Positions 17,397 to 27,915 of a stretch of DNA of 32,000 nucleotides are shown one piece after another. Under the pieces are notes generated by a model. The model did not search any database, had not been told where the DNA came from, and saw only the letters and a list, made by a program, of their open reading frames with translations. Source of the stretch: Trichodesmium erythraeum IMS101 (GTDB taxonomy: Bacteria; Cyanobacteriota; Cyanobacteriia; Cyanobacteriales; Microcoleaceae). The translations under genes were made by a program, and so were the position numbers. Position 1 is the first letter of the stretch. Every line of letters begins with the position of its first letter. The stretch lies in assembly GCF_000014265.1 (NCBI RefSeq), contig NC_008312.1:2520001-2552000 (forward strand). Direction: 5' to 3'.

Positions 17397-18692
17397 ATGT
17401 TAACTCCAGGACAAATTTTAAAAGAACGTTACCAACTACAAAAACAATTGGGGCGTGCTGTAGCAGGTCGTAAAACTTGGCTAGCATTTGACTCTCAATT
17501 AGAAGAACAAGTAATTATCAAAATGTTAGCCTATAGCCCGGAAATATTAGGGCAAGAATTAGATTTATTTGAGACAGAAGCCAAAATTTTAAAGGCTTTA
17601 AATCATCCTCATATCCCTCGTTATCGTGATTATTTTTCCTTAGAAAAAGAAGCAAATTTAGATTTGCCCTGGTTTGCATTAGTGCAAAATTATATTCCCG
17701 GTTTTTCCCTGCAAGAATTATTAGATAGAGATAAAATTTTCACAGAAGAGGATGTAGAGAAAATTGCCAAGGAGATGTTAGAAATTCTGATTTATCTCCA
17801 CGAACTAAAGCCTTCAGTTTTGCATCGAGATATTAAGCCTAGTAATTTAATTATGGGTGCAGACCAAAAAATTTATTTAGTAGATTTTGGTGCAGTACAA
17901 TCTCAAGGTAATGCTCAGGGAGTAACTTTTACTATTATTGGAACAAGTGGTTATGCTCCCCTAGAACAATTTTGGGGTAGAGCAGTGCCAGCTTCAGATT
18001 TATATGCTTTAGGAGCTACTTTAATTCATTTACTAACTGGAATTTCTCCGGTAGATTTACCACAAAAAAATTATCATATTCAATTTCCTGAAAATGTTAA
18101 TATTAATCCCAGCTTGGCTAATTGGATTAACAAAATAACAGAAATAGATTTAGAAATACGCTTTAAAAATGCCCGTGAAGCTTTGAAATGTCTCAACTCA
18201 AAACCAAAATATAAAAATTTTTTAAGTCATCAAAAAAGGTCTCTAATTTTTAGCATTATTAACATCAATAAATCTCCAGATATAATAGAAATATATACTC
18301 ACGCACCTAGTTTAAGAGAAATCAAAAAATCTGGACTGTTTGGTGCAGTATTTTGTATATTTTTTGGTTTACTGCTAACTAATATTGTTTATGGAATCTT
18401 ATTCTTTATCATATTTTGTGCTGGGGTATTTATCTTATTGGGGGAAAGGAATTATATTTATTTTGACCATAATTATTTTCGGATAGAACGACGTTTATTA
18501 GATTTTGTTTACGGAAAATATCAGGGGAAAACTAAAGATATTGTAGAAGTTGTATCATCTAAATTTGAATCAGGTTATCAAGTGATAGTTCTATCTCAAA
18601 ATAATAAATATCAACTAGATAAAGCAATGAATATTCAAGATAGTACATCCTTAGTTGAGCAAATTAACGAATGGTTGAATCAGATTAACTAA
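17397..18692 (+). CDS. Ser/Thr protein kinase with a C-terminal two-TM plus small globular extension
   Basis: Hanks motifs: VIIKM (Lys), HRDIKPSNL, DFG, GTSGYAPLE. After ~aa 300 come two hydrophobic helices (LFGAVFCIFFGLLLTNIVYGILFFIIFCAGVFILLG) and a ~90-aa tail. Confidence 0.9.
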   Translation: MLTPGQILKERYQLQKQLGRAVAGRKTWLAFDSQLEEQVIIKMLAYSPEILGQELDLFETEAKILKALNHPHIPRYRDYFSLEKEANLDLPWFALVQNYIPGFSLQELLDRDKIFTEEDVEKIAKEMLEILIYLHELKPSVLHRDIKPSNLIMGADQKIYLVDFGAVQSQGNAQGVTFTIIGTSGYAPLEQFWGRAVPASDLYALGATLIHLLTGISPVDLPQKNYHIQFPENVNINPSLANWINKITEIDLEIRFKNAREALKCLNSKPKYKNFLSHQKRSLIFSIININKSPDIIEIYTHAPSLREIKKSGLFGAVFCIFFGLLLTNIVYGILFFIIFCAGVFILLGERNYIYFDHNYFRIERRLLDFVYGKYQGKTKDIVEVVSSKFESGYQVIVLSQNNKYQLDKAMNIQDSTSLVEQINEWLNQIN

Positions 18693-18752
18693 CTATCAGT
18701 TTTTAGAGTTAGGGGTTGAAAATGCTCGTCAAAATTTAAGCATAGTATTAAT

Positions 18753-18792
18753 GTGTGAGAATTGGTTTTATATCTTAAATTCTGATCACACA
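18753..18792 (+). terminator. Imperfect hairpin ~60 nt after the kinase stop (weak terminator candidate)
   Basis: gtgtgagaatt ... aattctgatcacac: 6+5 bp stems with a 3-nt bulge and no strong U-tract. Confidence 0.2.
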
Positions 18793-19183
18793 CTAAGTTA
18801 AATACAATAAACCTCTCCCAAATGCTGATCAGAAAATATTGCTATGAGGGTTTCAGAACCATTACTAAGTTTTTTTAAATAATAGATTAGGAGTTTATAG
18901 TAAGTTTAAGATTATCAACTACTTAGTATAAAAATCTAAATCATTAATAATTATTATTTTCAATTATTTTTGATAAACAGACTCAAATTAGATTGGATAG
19001 TAATAAATACTACATTAATAAACTAAGTGTTTGGGATTATTATTCTTATGTAATATTTGCAGCTAATAAATTTTTGACATGATTAAACTCAGAAAAATAT
19101 ATGTATAAATAACTTTCAACAAATTCTCAAAAAAAAATGTTAAAATCACCATAATCAGATTTTATTAAAAATCAATTCTAATA

Positions 19184-21211
19184 ATGATGAGAAAACTTTT
19201 GTACTTATTAAAACAATATCAAGGGACAGGAGTAGTAGGATTAATTGGTATTACTTTTTCGATTACCGCTATGCTCATAGTTGATAACTGGGAACTAGCA
19301 ATAGATAAAGAGCAGTTTCAACAACAATCTACTGTTTTGGTAAATGAGTTCCAGAGGCAATTAGATGGTTACAACCAACTAACTAGATCCGTAGGTACCT
19401 TCCTAAATATGTCTCAAGAATTGACGAGAGAAGAATTTGAAGAATTGACCAGCCCCCTATTACCTTACTATGATGGTTTTTTAGCATTAGGCTGGAGTCA
19501 GAAAGTAAAGAATCAGGAACGATCGCTGTATGAGCAAAAATTACAAGCCCAAGGAATAATAAATTTTAAGATTAGCGAACGTAACCACAAAGGAAATCAA
19601 GTACTGGCAGGCGATCGCTCGACCTACTTCCCCACAACCTATATTGAACCCTTAGATAGATGGCAAAACTATATTGGTTGGGATGCTGCTGCAGACAGAA
19701 AACGTTTGCTGAGTATAGAAAAAGCAGAACGTACAGGAGTAACTGTAAGTACACCTTTAGTGCAGTTAGAAAATGGCGAACCAGGCTTTGTGCTTTACTA
19801 TCCGGTCTTTGGTTCTAAGAACTTGAATTCTCAATCCCTTGAATCAGAAAAACTTGACAGCAATAGAGAATTGCAAGGAGTAGTATTTGGTTTTTATGAA
19901 GTTATGACTTGGGTTGAAAAAGCCATCAAAAATCTTAACCTTAACGGACTTAATTTCTATCTCTATAGTTTACCAGAAGATCAATTAGATTCTGCTTTAA
20001 ACAAAACCGCTATTACTGCCACTGACTATTTCCTTGTAGCATACAAAGATGATTCCCAAAGCTTGACAGCATCTCCTCAAGTTGCGAATTTAGCACTCAT
20101 TGATAGCCCTAAAGAGCAGCGATCACATCTGTGTCGTTATAGCGATGAGTGGCAATTTTGTATTCGTTCAATTCATGTAGGGCAACAGGAATTTTCCTTG
20201 CTAATATTACCTGCTTCTAATCGTTCTATAACTGTTTGGTCTTCTGAAATAGTTTTGGTATTAGGATTATTAGTGACAGCCTCTTTAGTAATGTATTTCT
20301 TAATTTCCCATCAGGCAACTTTAAAAATTGAAACCAAAAACCGGAAGTTAGAAAAACTAGTGCAAGAAATACAGCAGACTAAACTACAACTGGTACAAAC
20401 AGAAAAAATGTCAAGTTTAGGTCTGTTGATAGCAGGTGTTGCCCATGAAATCAAGAATCCGATCAGTTTTATTTCGGGAAACATTAAATATGCAAGCCAT
20501 TATTTTCAAGATTTGTTGAATTTAATTCAGCTCTATCAAGTCGAATATCCCAGTCCTACTCCAAAAATTGAAGCAGCTATTGAAGATATTGGTTTAGATT
20601 TTATTGTTCAAGATTTACCTAAGTTATTAAATTCTATGAACGTTGGGAGTACACGTCTGCACGAAATAGTTTTATCCCTGCGTAATTTTTCCCGCTCAGA
20701 TGAGTCAAAAGTAAAGGAAGTGGATATTCACACGGGTATTGAAAGTACGTTAATGATTTTGGCACATCGCCTCAAGACCCAGCTAGCTCACCCAGAAATT
20801 ATGGTGACTAAAAACTATGGTAATTTGCCTTTGATTGAATGTTATGCAGGTAAATTAAATCAAGTATTTATGAATATTTTGGCTAATGCTATTGATGCTC
20901 TAGAAGATTCAATTCTGGTAGGGGAGTTAAAGGAGCGATCGCCGATAATTTCAATTAAAACAGCTCAACTTAACACCGAGTGGATTACAATCCAAATTGC
21001 TGATAACGGTCCGGGTATTGCACCAGATATTAAAACTCAGTTGTTTAATCCCTTTTTTACAACTAAACCAGTTGGCAAAGGAACGGGACTTGGACTGTCA
21101 ATTAGTTATGACATTATTTGTGATCAGCATCAGGGACATTTACTGTGTTCCTCTGAAGAGGGAAAGGGTACAGAGTTTATCATTAAGTTGCCGATCGCAT
21201 TATCAACTTAA
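19184..21211 (+). CDS. CHASE-domain sensor histidine kinase
   Basis: N-terminal TM, then a periplasmic CHASE-like region (LGWSQKV...ERSLYE, YFPTTYIEPL, IGWDAAADRKR), a second TM, and a coiled coil. H-box AGVAHEIKNPISF; N/G boxes NILANAIDAL, IADNGPGI, GKGTGLGLSIS. Confidence 0.9.
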   Translation: MMRKLLYLLKQYQGTGVVGLIGITFSITAMLIVDNWELAIDKEQFQQQSTVLVNEFQRQLDGYNQLTRSVGTFLNMSQELTREEFEELTSPLLPYYDGFLALGWSQKVKNQERSLYEQKLQAQGIINFKISERNHKGNQVLAGDRSTYFPTTYIEPLDRWQNYIGWDAAADRKRLLSIEKAERTGVTVSTPLVQLENGEPGFVLYYPVFGSKNLNSQSLESEKLDSNRELQGVVFGFYEVMTWVEKAIKNLNLNGLNFYLYSLPEDQLDSALNKTAITATDYFLVAYKDDSQSLTASPQVANLALIDSPKEQRSHLCRYSDEWQFCIRSIHVGQQEFSLLILPASNRSITVWSSEIVLVLGLLVTASLVMYFLISHQATLKIETKNRKLEKLVQEIQQTKLQLVQTEKMSSLGLLIAGVAHEIKNPISFISGNIKYASHYFQDLLNLIQLYQVEYPSPTPKIEAAIEDIGLDFIVQDLPKLLNSMNVGSTRLHEIVLSLRNFSRSDESKVKEVDIHTGIESTLMILAHRLKTQLAHPEIMVTKNYGNLPLIECYAGKLNQVFMNILANAIDALEDSILVGELKERSPIISIKTAQLNTEWITIQIADNGPGIAPDIKTQLFNPFFTTKPVGKGTGLGLSISYDIICDQHQGHLLCSSEEGKGTEFIIKLPIALST

Positions 21212-21677
21212 TTCAAGCTAGACGTGATACTAGATTCAGTTGTATTGATTAATATCAAAGGATTACGTACGCAATCTTTTGATAAGATAAACCATTGTTT
21301 TAACCATAGAAATCTCCCAGCACTCACATGAAACTACTATAAAAAGGTTAAGTCTTAATTTCCGGAGAAGTCTATTATACAAATACTCAAAAGCTTTGCT
21401 ATACTTTAACTTTATATTTATAAATGCTATTTCTCAAGGTAATTTTATGGTTTAGTAACCTTTGTCATATTTCTAGTAATTTTTACTACATTATAAGTAT
21501 AGCATAGCATAACTTTTGAGACAAAGTATTAGACATCAAGGAAAAACCAGAGTTTGTGGGTTCGCCGGCATATGAAGTCTCATTAATGAGCCATAATAAA
21601 CTAGTTACCTTTAGCCATGTTTAGATGATTCTTGACTCGTATGCCATCTTTTTAAATTTTAGACTAAATTTTACTAA

Positions 21678-22307
21678 ATGATTGATTACATTCGCAACGG
21701 AAAAGAAATTTACCGCAAATCTTTTGCAATGATTCGCTCTGAAGTAAACCTAGAGTTCTTGCCTATTGATTTAGCTGATATGGCAGTCAGGCTAATTCAC
21801 GCTTGTGGGATGACAGATATTCTTGAAGACCTAGTAACTTCACTGGATGCAGTAAAAATAGGTTGCGCTGCATTACAAAAAGGCGCACCCATCCTCTGTG
21901 ATACTCAAATGGTAGCAAATGGAATTATTCGTCATCGCTTGCCTGCCAATAACAAAGTTATTTGCACCCTCAATTATCCAGAAGTGCCAGAAAGGGCACA
22001 ACAAATTAACAATACTCGCTCGGCGACTGCTATAGAATTATGGAAACCTCTGATTCATGGTTCCGTTGTAGCTATTGGCAATGCACCAACCGCATTGTTT
22101 CACTTACTAGAATTATTAGATGAGGGAATGGCAAAACCTGCCCTAATTTTAGGTTTTCCTGTAGGTTTTGTGGGTGCAGCAGAGTCAAAAGTAGAGCTGG
22201 CAACCAATAGTCGGGGTGTTCCATTTATCACGCTGCATGGACGACGGGGAGGCAGTGCCATAGCTGCTGCCGCCGTTAATGCCCTAGCAAAGGAAAGCGA
22301 GGTATAA
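21678..22307 (+). CDS. cobH: Precorrin-8X methylmutase (CobH/CbiC)
   Basis: 209 aa. The N-terminus IYRKSFAMIRSE, IHACGM, the GNAPTAL motif and the C-terminal GGSAIAAAAVNAL are typical of the CbiC family. Confidence 0.88.
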   Translation: MIDYIRNGKEIYRKSFAMIRSEVNLEFLPIDLADMAVRLIHACGMTDILEDLVTSLDAVKIGCAALQKGAPILCDTQMVANGIIRHRLPANNKVICTLNYPEVPERAQQINNTRSATAIELWKPLIHGSVVAIGNAPTALFHLLELLDEGMAKPALILGFPVGFVGAAESKVELATNSRGVPFITLHGRRGGSAIAAAAVNALAKESEV

Positions 22308-22317
22308 CATTTATACC

Positions 22318-22573
22318 AAGGACTCGGAATGTTTGTTACATCCAGTAGGGATGTTCCATGGAACGAACCTAGGTCATATCATGTCTGCCTAGATACTTAA
22401 GGCTTGCTGAAAAAGTATGCATGGGTTCGGGTAGGAGTCATATTTTCCGGTTAAATAGTTACACTTTGGAGGAGGTAAGTAGAAGAAGGATGCTACCGGA
22501 TATTTTGTCAGAGCCAAGTTGGAGTCAATTTTGAAAGCAAGGGGAAAACGATAACGATAACTGCTCTTTTATA
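22318..22573. repeat. Long copy (~256 bp) of the MITE-like dispersed repeat seen at 8046-8173
   Basis: The 5' arm ggaatgtttgttacatccagtagggatgttccatggaacgaacctaggt and the 3' arm caagttggagtcaattttgaaagcaaggggaaaacgataacgataactgctcttttata match copy 1. About 125 bp of extra internal sequence lies between the arms. Confidence 0.6.
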
Positions 22574-22687
22574 ACTTAGAGCTGCTCTTATCAAGATCCA
22601 CCTTCTCCCTGTTCCCTAAAACGATAACTGCTCTTTTATAACTTAGAGCTGCTCTTATCAAGATCCACCTTCTCCCTGTTCCCTAAA
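22554..22687. repeat. Perfect 2 x 67-bp tandem duplication spanning the mfd stop codon
   Basis: Unit 1 (22554-22620) equals unit 2 (22621-22687): acgataactgctcttttataacttagagctgctcttatcaagatccaccttctccctgttccctaaa. Unit 2 carries the last 9 sense codons plus the stop of mfd (stop at 22658-22660); unit 1 is a silent downstream copy. Confidence 0.9.
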
Positions 22688-25600
22688 TTGACTTTTTGGT
22701 ATTGCACCCTCCATTTTACTTAACCATTCTATTAAACTTTCTAGCTGTTTATCTGCACTTAAAACACCTAAACCACGCACTATAACTTTACCTTTACTAA
22801 AAACAAAACGAGATTGTAAATGACCTGGTAATTTCTCTTTTAATAAATTCCATCCAGGTTCCTCCATTGGTGTTTCTAAAATAACGTGTTGTTTACCTTC
22901 TACTTTAATCCGAGAAAAGCCTATTTTTTTAGCAACTTGCTTTAATTCCATCATCCTTAATAACTGTAAACCAGCTTTTGGAATTGCACCGTAGCGATCG
23001 CTCCAATCAACTTCTATTTGACTCAATTCTTCTCTAGTATTAGCAGCAGCAACCGAGCGATAGGCACTAATTTTTTGATCTAAATCTAAAATATAATCTG
23101 CAGGAATAAATGCAGTCAAACTTAGGTCAATTTTCGTATCATCAACTTGAGGAATTTCCTGACCTTTGATTTCCCGAATTGCCTCTTCTAACATTTCCGT
23201 ATACAGATCAAATCCAATAGCGTTCACCTGACCAGACTGCTCTGCTCCCAAAATATCCCCTGCTCCCCGAATCTCTAAATCTCGTATTGCCAAATGATAT
23301 CCTGAACCCAACTGAGTAAATTCCTGAATTGCTCGCAACCGTTTTTGTGCATCATCCGTTAGTGCAATTCCACCGGAGCTCGTGGTAGGATAAAACAACC
23401 ATGCATGAGCTTGCACCCCTGCCCTACCTACTCTTCCCCGTAGCTGATACAACTGAGACAAGCCAAATTTTTGAGCATCTTCTATTAAAATAGTATTAAC
23501 TCGGGGAATATCTAAACCAGATTCAATAATTGTAGTACAAACTAAAATATCAGCTTCCCCCGCACTAAAAGTCAGCATAATTGACTCTAACTCTGCTGCA
23601 TCCATTTTACCGTGACCAATATTAATCCTAGCTCCTGGAATCATTTCTCGCAATTTTCCCGCCAATTCTTCAATACCTTCAATACGTGGCACCACATAAA
23701 AGACTTGTCCTCCCCGGTTTAATTCTTGGCGAATTGCTGTACGGGCAGTTTCAAGATCATAAGGTGCAAGGTGAGTTTTAATAGGGCGACGCAAAGGTGG
23801 TGGAGTTGTAATCACACTCATTTCCCGAATTCCTGAAAGTGCCATATATAATGTTCTGGGAATTGGCGTTGCCGTCAGTGTCAGCACATCCACTTCGGCT
23901 TTGAGCGCCTTAATTTTTTCCTTCTGGTTAACACCAAACCGTTGTTCCTCATCCACTACCAACAAACCTAATTCCCGAAACTGGATCGTCTTACTTAAAA
24001 TTGAGTGAGTACCGACAATAATATCTAATTCCCCCGTTGCTAACCGATGCTGAATTTCTTTCTTTTCGTTAGGAGTACGGAAGCGGTTGAGCAAACCTAT
24101 TTCTATAGGGTAGGGAGCAAAACGTTCTTTAAGAGTGTGATAATGTTGTTGGGTTAAAACTGTTGTCGGAGCAAGAAATGCTACTTGTTTTTCGGCGATA
24201 ACTGCTTTAAAAATTGCTCGGATGGCGACTTCTGTTTTGCCGAAACCAACGTCACCGCAAACGAGACGATCCATTGCTCGTTCACTTTCCATATCCCTTT
24301 TCACATCTTGGGTTGCTTTTAACTGATCGGGGGTAGGTTGATAGGGAAATGAATCTTCCATTTCTTCCTGCCACGGGGTGTCGGGAGGGAAACTGTAACC
24401 TGTTTGTTGAGCCCGTTGAGCATAAAGCTTCAGCAGGTCAACAGCTAATTTTTTGATTGACTTACGAACTTTATTTTTGGTACTTTCCCAGGTTTTGCCA
24501 GTCAGTTTATTGAGTTGGGGTTTTTTATGATCAGTGCTTCTCAACCGCGACAGGGAACTGAGTTGGTCGGCAGCAACTCTAAGCAAACCATCAGCATATT
24601 GAATTGTTAGATAGTCGCGAGTTTCATTATTTAGAGTCAGACTTTCTAATTTCACAAATTTGCCAATACCATGTTGGCGGTGAACTACATGATCTCCCGG
24701 TTGCAGTTTGTTGGGGTTTACCTGTTTGGAGGTCGCTTGACGGCGTTTACGAATATAGGTAGGAGTAGCGAGGGTATGTTGTCCGTAAAATTCTCTGTCA
24801 GTGATAACTGATAACCGAAATGTGGGCAAAATAAATCCTTCTAATTCTGCTAGACCACTATATTTGAGAGCAACAGGGGTATATTGGGTTTGCAGTTTGT
24901 CAATGGCAGGGTAGTCGTGGGAGTTGGGAATAAACTGAGCAGGACAGTCGTGTTCCTGAAGTAAAGAGACAGAGCGTGATGGTTGAGCCGAAATTAGGAA
25001 AACGGAATGTTTACGTTCTCTTTGTTGGCGCAGGTTTTCTGCTAGTTTGGCGTATTGGTGTGGTATGACTGGTAAAGGGCGACTAGCTAGGTTAATGGTA
25101 TAGGGAACTGAGGTGGTAATATCACTCTTGGTTTCTTTGGTGAGTTCCGATAAATATAGTCTTGGAAAAAGTTCGGCTTCTGCCAGGGAGTCTGCAAATG
25201 TACGATGAATTTTTGGTAATGCTTGAGATCTTTTGAGTTGTTGCCAGTTTTCTTCTACCAGTTCAAACCACCGATCGCCATGGGCAGCACATTGATCTGG
25301 TTCGTCTATGGCAATCAGAGTATTTTCTGGTAGATAGTCTAATAGGGAAACAAATGTTGAGTCAGTTATTGACTCTAGATTTCCTAACGCCCACTGACTA
25401 AAATCTCTAGGGGTTAATACTATTTGGGCAATTTTGTCAAGAGAACGTTGGGTAGAAGGGTCAAATTCCCGAATTTGTCTGAGTTCGTCCCCAAACCATT
25501 CTAGGCGTACCGGTAATTCTGAGGCCACGGGAAATACATCTATAATATCTCCTCGCCGACTCCACTGACCCTCAGTTTCGACTAATGGTACTAGTTCGTA

Positions 25601-26200
25601 TCCCATCTGGACAAGTTTTTCCTCTAAAGATGGACGCTCTAAACTATCAGACTCAGAATGATTTATCTCTATATCTGTGTTTGATATCTTAGTTGAGCCT
25701 AAGGTTTTTGAGCTACTAGCAATGCTGGCCATAAGGGTCAGGCAGTAGGGTTGAAATTTTTTAACTGTAGGTAGGTGAGGTTGGAGCGATCGCTCTGTTG
25801 CTACTACGGCCATTTTTGCTTTATTGCTACTGTTGCCGTTGCTGGTTACATTTTCTGGGACATTCTCACTTATTAAGTCTGCTAAAACCTGCATTTGTCC
25901 CCAAATCATTTCTTCTGAGTTGGAAGGTTCATAAGGGAATGCTTCTGAAGTAGGGTAAAAGTGAACTTTAGGCCATCCTATTGCTTCTAACTGTACCGCC
26001 CATCGGCCCGCCTCTTCTAAAGTTGCAGTAACTATCAGCAAATTTTGCTCTTGTTGTTGTGCGAGGGTGGATGTGAGTAAACCTTTAGGTAAACGGGAAG
26101 CGCCGTTGAGTCCTAAGCATTGGTATTGTTGGAGTTTGTTTAGGAGTTCGGTTGTGAGAGGCGATCGCCCCAGTAGCCTAATAATAGATGATAGTGTCAT
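22658..26200 (-). CDS. mfd: Transcription-repair coupling factor Mfd
   Basis: 1180 aa. CarD/TRCF RNAP-interaction region ([14 protein letters not shown]), SF2 helicase motifs ([34 protein letters not shown]) and a TRG/D7-type C-terminus. Confidence 0.95.
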   Translation of the reverse strand: MTLSSIIRLLGRSPLTTELLNKLQQYQCLGLNGASRLPKGLLTSTLAQQQEQNLLIVTATLEEAGRWAVQLEAIGWPKVHFYPTSEAFPYEPSNSEEMIWGQMQVLADLISENVPENVTSNGNSSNKAKMAVVATERSLQPHLPTVKKFQPYCLTLMASIASSSKTLGSTKISNTDIEINHSESDSLERPSLEEKLVQMGYELVPLVETEGQWSRRGDIIDVFPVASELPVRLEWFGDELRQIREFDPSTQRSLDKIAQIVLTPRDFSQWALGNLESITDSTFVSLLDYLPENTLIAIDEPDQCAAHGDRWFELVEENWQQLKRSQALPKIHRTFADSLAEAELFPRLYLSELTKETKSDITTSVPYTINLASRPLPVIPHQYAKLAENLRQQRERKHSVFLISAQPSRSVSLLQEHDCPAQFIPNSHDYPAIDKLQTQYTPVALKYSGLAELEGFILPTFRLSVITDREFYGQHTLATPTYIRKRRQATSKQVNPNKLQPGDHVVHRQHGIGKFVKLESLTLNNETRDYLTIQYADGLLRVAADQLSSLSRLRSTDHKKPQLNKLTGKTWESTKNKVRKSIKKLAVDLLKLYAQRAQQTGYSFPPDTPWQEEMEDSFPYQPTPDQLKATQDVKRDMESERAMDRLVCGDVGFGKTEVAIRAIFKAVIAEKQVAFLAPTTVLTQQHYHTLKERFAPYPIEIGLLNRFRTPNEKKEIQHRLATGELDIIVGTHSILSKTIQFRELGLLVVDEEQRFGVNQKEKIKALKAEVDVLTLTATPIPRTLYMALSGIREMSVITTPPPLRRPIKTHLAPYDLETARTAIRQELNRGGQVFYVVPRIEGIEELAGKLREMIPGARINIGHGKMDAAELESIMLTFSAGEADILVCTTIIESGLDIPRVNTILIEDAQKFGLSQLYQLRGRVGRAGVQAHAWLFYPTTSSGGIALTDDAQKRLRAIQEFTQLGSGYHLAIRDLEIRGAGDILGAEQSGQVNAIGFDLYTEMLEEAIREIKGQEIPQVDDTKIDLSLTAFIPADYILDLDQKISAYRSVAAANTREELSQIEVDWSDRYGAIPKAGLQLLRMMELKQVAKKIGFSRIKVEGKQHVILETPMEEPGWNLLKEKLPGHLQSRFVFSKGKVIVRGLGVLSADKQLESLIEWLSKMEGAIPKSQFREQGEGGS

Positions 26201-26224
26201 TTCAGTTATCAGTTATCAGTTTGG
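26201..26224. repeat. Heptamer tract (TCAGTTA x3) directly abutting the mfd ATG
   Basis: ttcagttatcagttatcagtttgg. In the mfd sense this reads ccaaACTGATAACTGATAACTGAA-ATG, with no purine-rich SD. Confidence 0.8.
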
Positions 26225-26359
26225 AATGCCAGGCAAACAGAGGAACTTCGCTCCAGTTTCAGCAGGAAGCTTGAGACCTTATTGTTTTGGTCATCAGATT
26301 TTTAGTAATTTTGATTAGTATGTTATATTATCCCAGATTTATAACTTAGTTGTCATTTT

Positions 26360-27577
26360 ATGGGTAATTATTTCCAATTCATTAAACCGAAAAAAATCAA
26401 ATTTTTTTTATTATTAACATTTACATGGATAATTATACCTCTACTATTGGTAGAAATTTTGATGATTTTTTTTGAACCATACCTATTTAAAGGGCTGTAT
26501 CAATATGACCCAGATCTAGGCTTTCGAGTGCGGCCTTATATGAATGGCAATAATCAATTTGGCTTCAACGACCGAGATTATCCTTTAGAAAAAAACCAAA
26601 ATAAATTTCGTCTGCTAGTTGTTAGTGACTCCTTTAATTGGGCAGGTGGAAAAGAAGGAAATTATACGGCTTTATTGGAGAAAAAATTTGATAGTTATTT
26701 TGGTAAAAGTCAGGTAGAGGTAATTAATGTTGGCTATCCAGGAACTCATACTGGTGAGCAACTAGCTATGTTGAAAAAGTTTGGATTACAATATAATCCA
26801 AACTTAGTAGTATTAGGCTTTTTTGTCGGTAATGATTTTCAGGATGCTAACCCAAAAAGGAAACGCATTATTGTCAATGATATATATATAGATATAGATA
26901 AGAAAGACGAGTTAATTATTTTTGGTTATCCAATTATTGGTAAGTCTAGATTACTAATGTTTTTACAGCAAAAATATCAAGTTTACCAAAAATTACAAAA
27001 GGGTAAACAGGATTCTGTAAAGTTACTAAGTAGTTCTCTAGCTCCTAGTTTAAATTTAGGATCAAATCTAATAATTGACAGGGAAAAATCTCCGGGAATT
27101 TTATCTAATAAAGCTTTTCTAAGAGTAGAAAAAAGCCGGCTTAAGTTTTGTAATATTAAAGATTTAATTGATGGTAAATGGGATGAGAATATCAACTATA
27201 TTTTTCACAGTATTTTAGAGATGCAAAAATTACTAAAATCTCGGAATATTGAATTTATAGTCGCTATTTATCCTGACGAATATCAAGTTAATGAGAAGTT
27301 ATTAAATGAAATATTTGCAGAGTATGATAATTTACAACGAGAGTTTTATAATTTGACTTGTCAGCAAGAAATTTTGAGCAAATTTTTAGAAGTTAATGGC
27401 ATCCCTTATATAGATATGTTGGATAGATTTAAAATCGAACAAAATACCCGTCATTTATACTTGCTTAGGGAACCCCATTGGAATAGTGCTGGAAATTTAT
27501 TAGCTGCAAATATTTTATTCAATCATTTAGTTAAAGATATAAATAAATTTTTTTTTGAAAAACCTCTCTCCCTATAG
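26360..27577 (+). CDS. Membrane-anchored SGNH-hydrolase-type protein (AlgJ/AlgX-like D-x-H-W class), probable polysaccharide (de)acylation enzyme
   Basis: N-terminal TM (FFLLLTFTWIIIPLLLVEILMIFF). Block I LLVVSDSFNW, block III LGFFVGNDF, and a C-terminal REPHWNSAGN resembling the DxHW motif of AlgJ/AlgX-type SGNH proteins. Confidence 0.65.
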   Translation: MGNYFQFIKPKKIKFFLLLTFTWIIIPLLLVEILMIFFEPYLFKGLYQYDPDLGFRVRPYMNGNNQFGFNDRDYPLEKNQNKFRLLVVSDSFNWAGGKEGNYTALLEKKFDSYFGKSQVEVINVGYPGTHTGEQLAMLKKFGLQYNPNLVVLGFFVGNDFQDANPKRKRIIVNDIYIDIDKKDELIIFGYPIIGKSRLLMFLQQKYQVYQKLQKGKQDSVKLLSSSLAPSLNLGSNLIIDREKSPGILSNKAFLRVEKSRLKFCNIKDLIDGKWDENINYIFHSILEMQKLLKSRNIEFIVAIYPDEYQVNEKLLNEIFAEYDNLQREFYNLTCQQEILSKFLEVNGIPYIDMLDRFKIEQNTRHLYLLREPHWNSAGNLLAANILFNHLVKDINKFFFEKPLSL

Positions 27578-27700
27578 ATCCAGAGGTCGAATTAAACCAG
27601 GCTAATTTTTTCCATTCAATTTTTTGGTTTTGACGATTCATTTGGCTTAACTCTAAAAGTTCTTTCCGTGATAAATTAAGCAACTGAATTAATACTTTAG
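27491..27700. repeat. Founder copy (A0+B0) of a ~226-bp repeat family: the 3' tail of the SGNH gene plus ~125 nt downstream
   Basis: ggaaatttatta...aataaatttttttttgaaaaacctctctccctat (the end of the CDS), followed by agatccagaggtcgaattaaaccaggctaattttttccattcaattttttggttttgacgattcatttggcttaactctaaaagttctttccgtga, aligns to 28657-28882. Confidence 0.6.
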
Positions 27701-27915
27701 CAGACTCATTAGCAAACAAGTAAAATCTAAGTTTATATAAAATTTAATAACTTTTAGTCTACTTCGCCCCCATCCATTTTTTAATAAGCTTTTCAGTACA
27801 ATCTTTTCTTATTATTCTCCTCCTTATTCTCCGAAATATTCACCTTATTTCAGATGATCTGGCGATCAATTAAAATTAATTTTATCCTCTAATAAAATGT
27901 TAATTACTACTTGAT

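Noticed and set aside
15714-17487. ORFs 15714-15956, 15922-16119, 16790-17035 and 17206-17487 in the gene desert.
   Set aside because: They lie in extremely AT-rich, low-complexity sequence and give Ile/Phe/Lys/Asn-rich products. Some use non-ATG starts, none has an RBS, and they overlap each other or the kinase start. They are most likely chance ORFs.
21212-21677. A cobalamin riboswitch upstream of cobH.
   Set aside because: I could not find the conserved B12-box or GCCACTG-like core, or the typical GGGAA / GGTG elements. The absence cannot be proven without a covariance-model scan (Rfam RF00174).
27531-27719. 62-aa minus-strand ORF overlapping the SGNH stop, and the 61-aa ORF at 28506-28691.
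   Set aside because: The homologous repeat copy (B1, 28771-28882) has multiple stops in the equivalent frame. Conservation is therefore at the nucleotide level, not the protein level.
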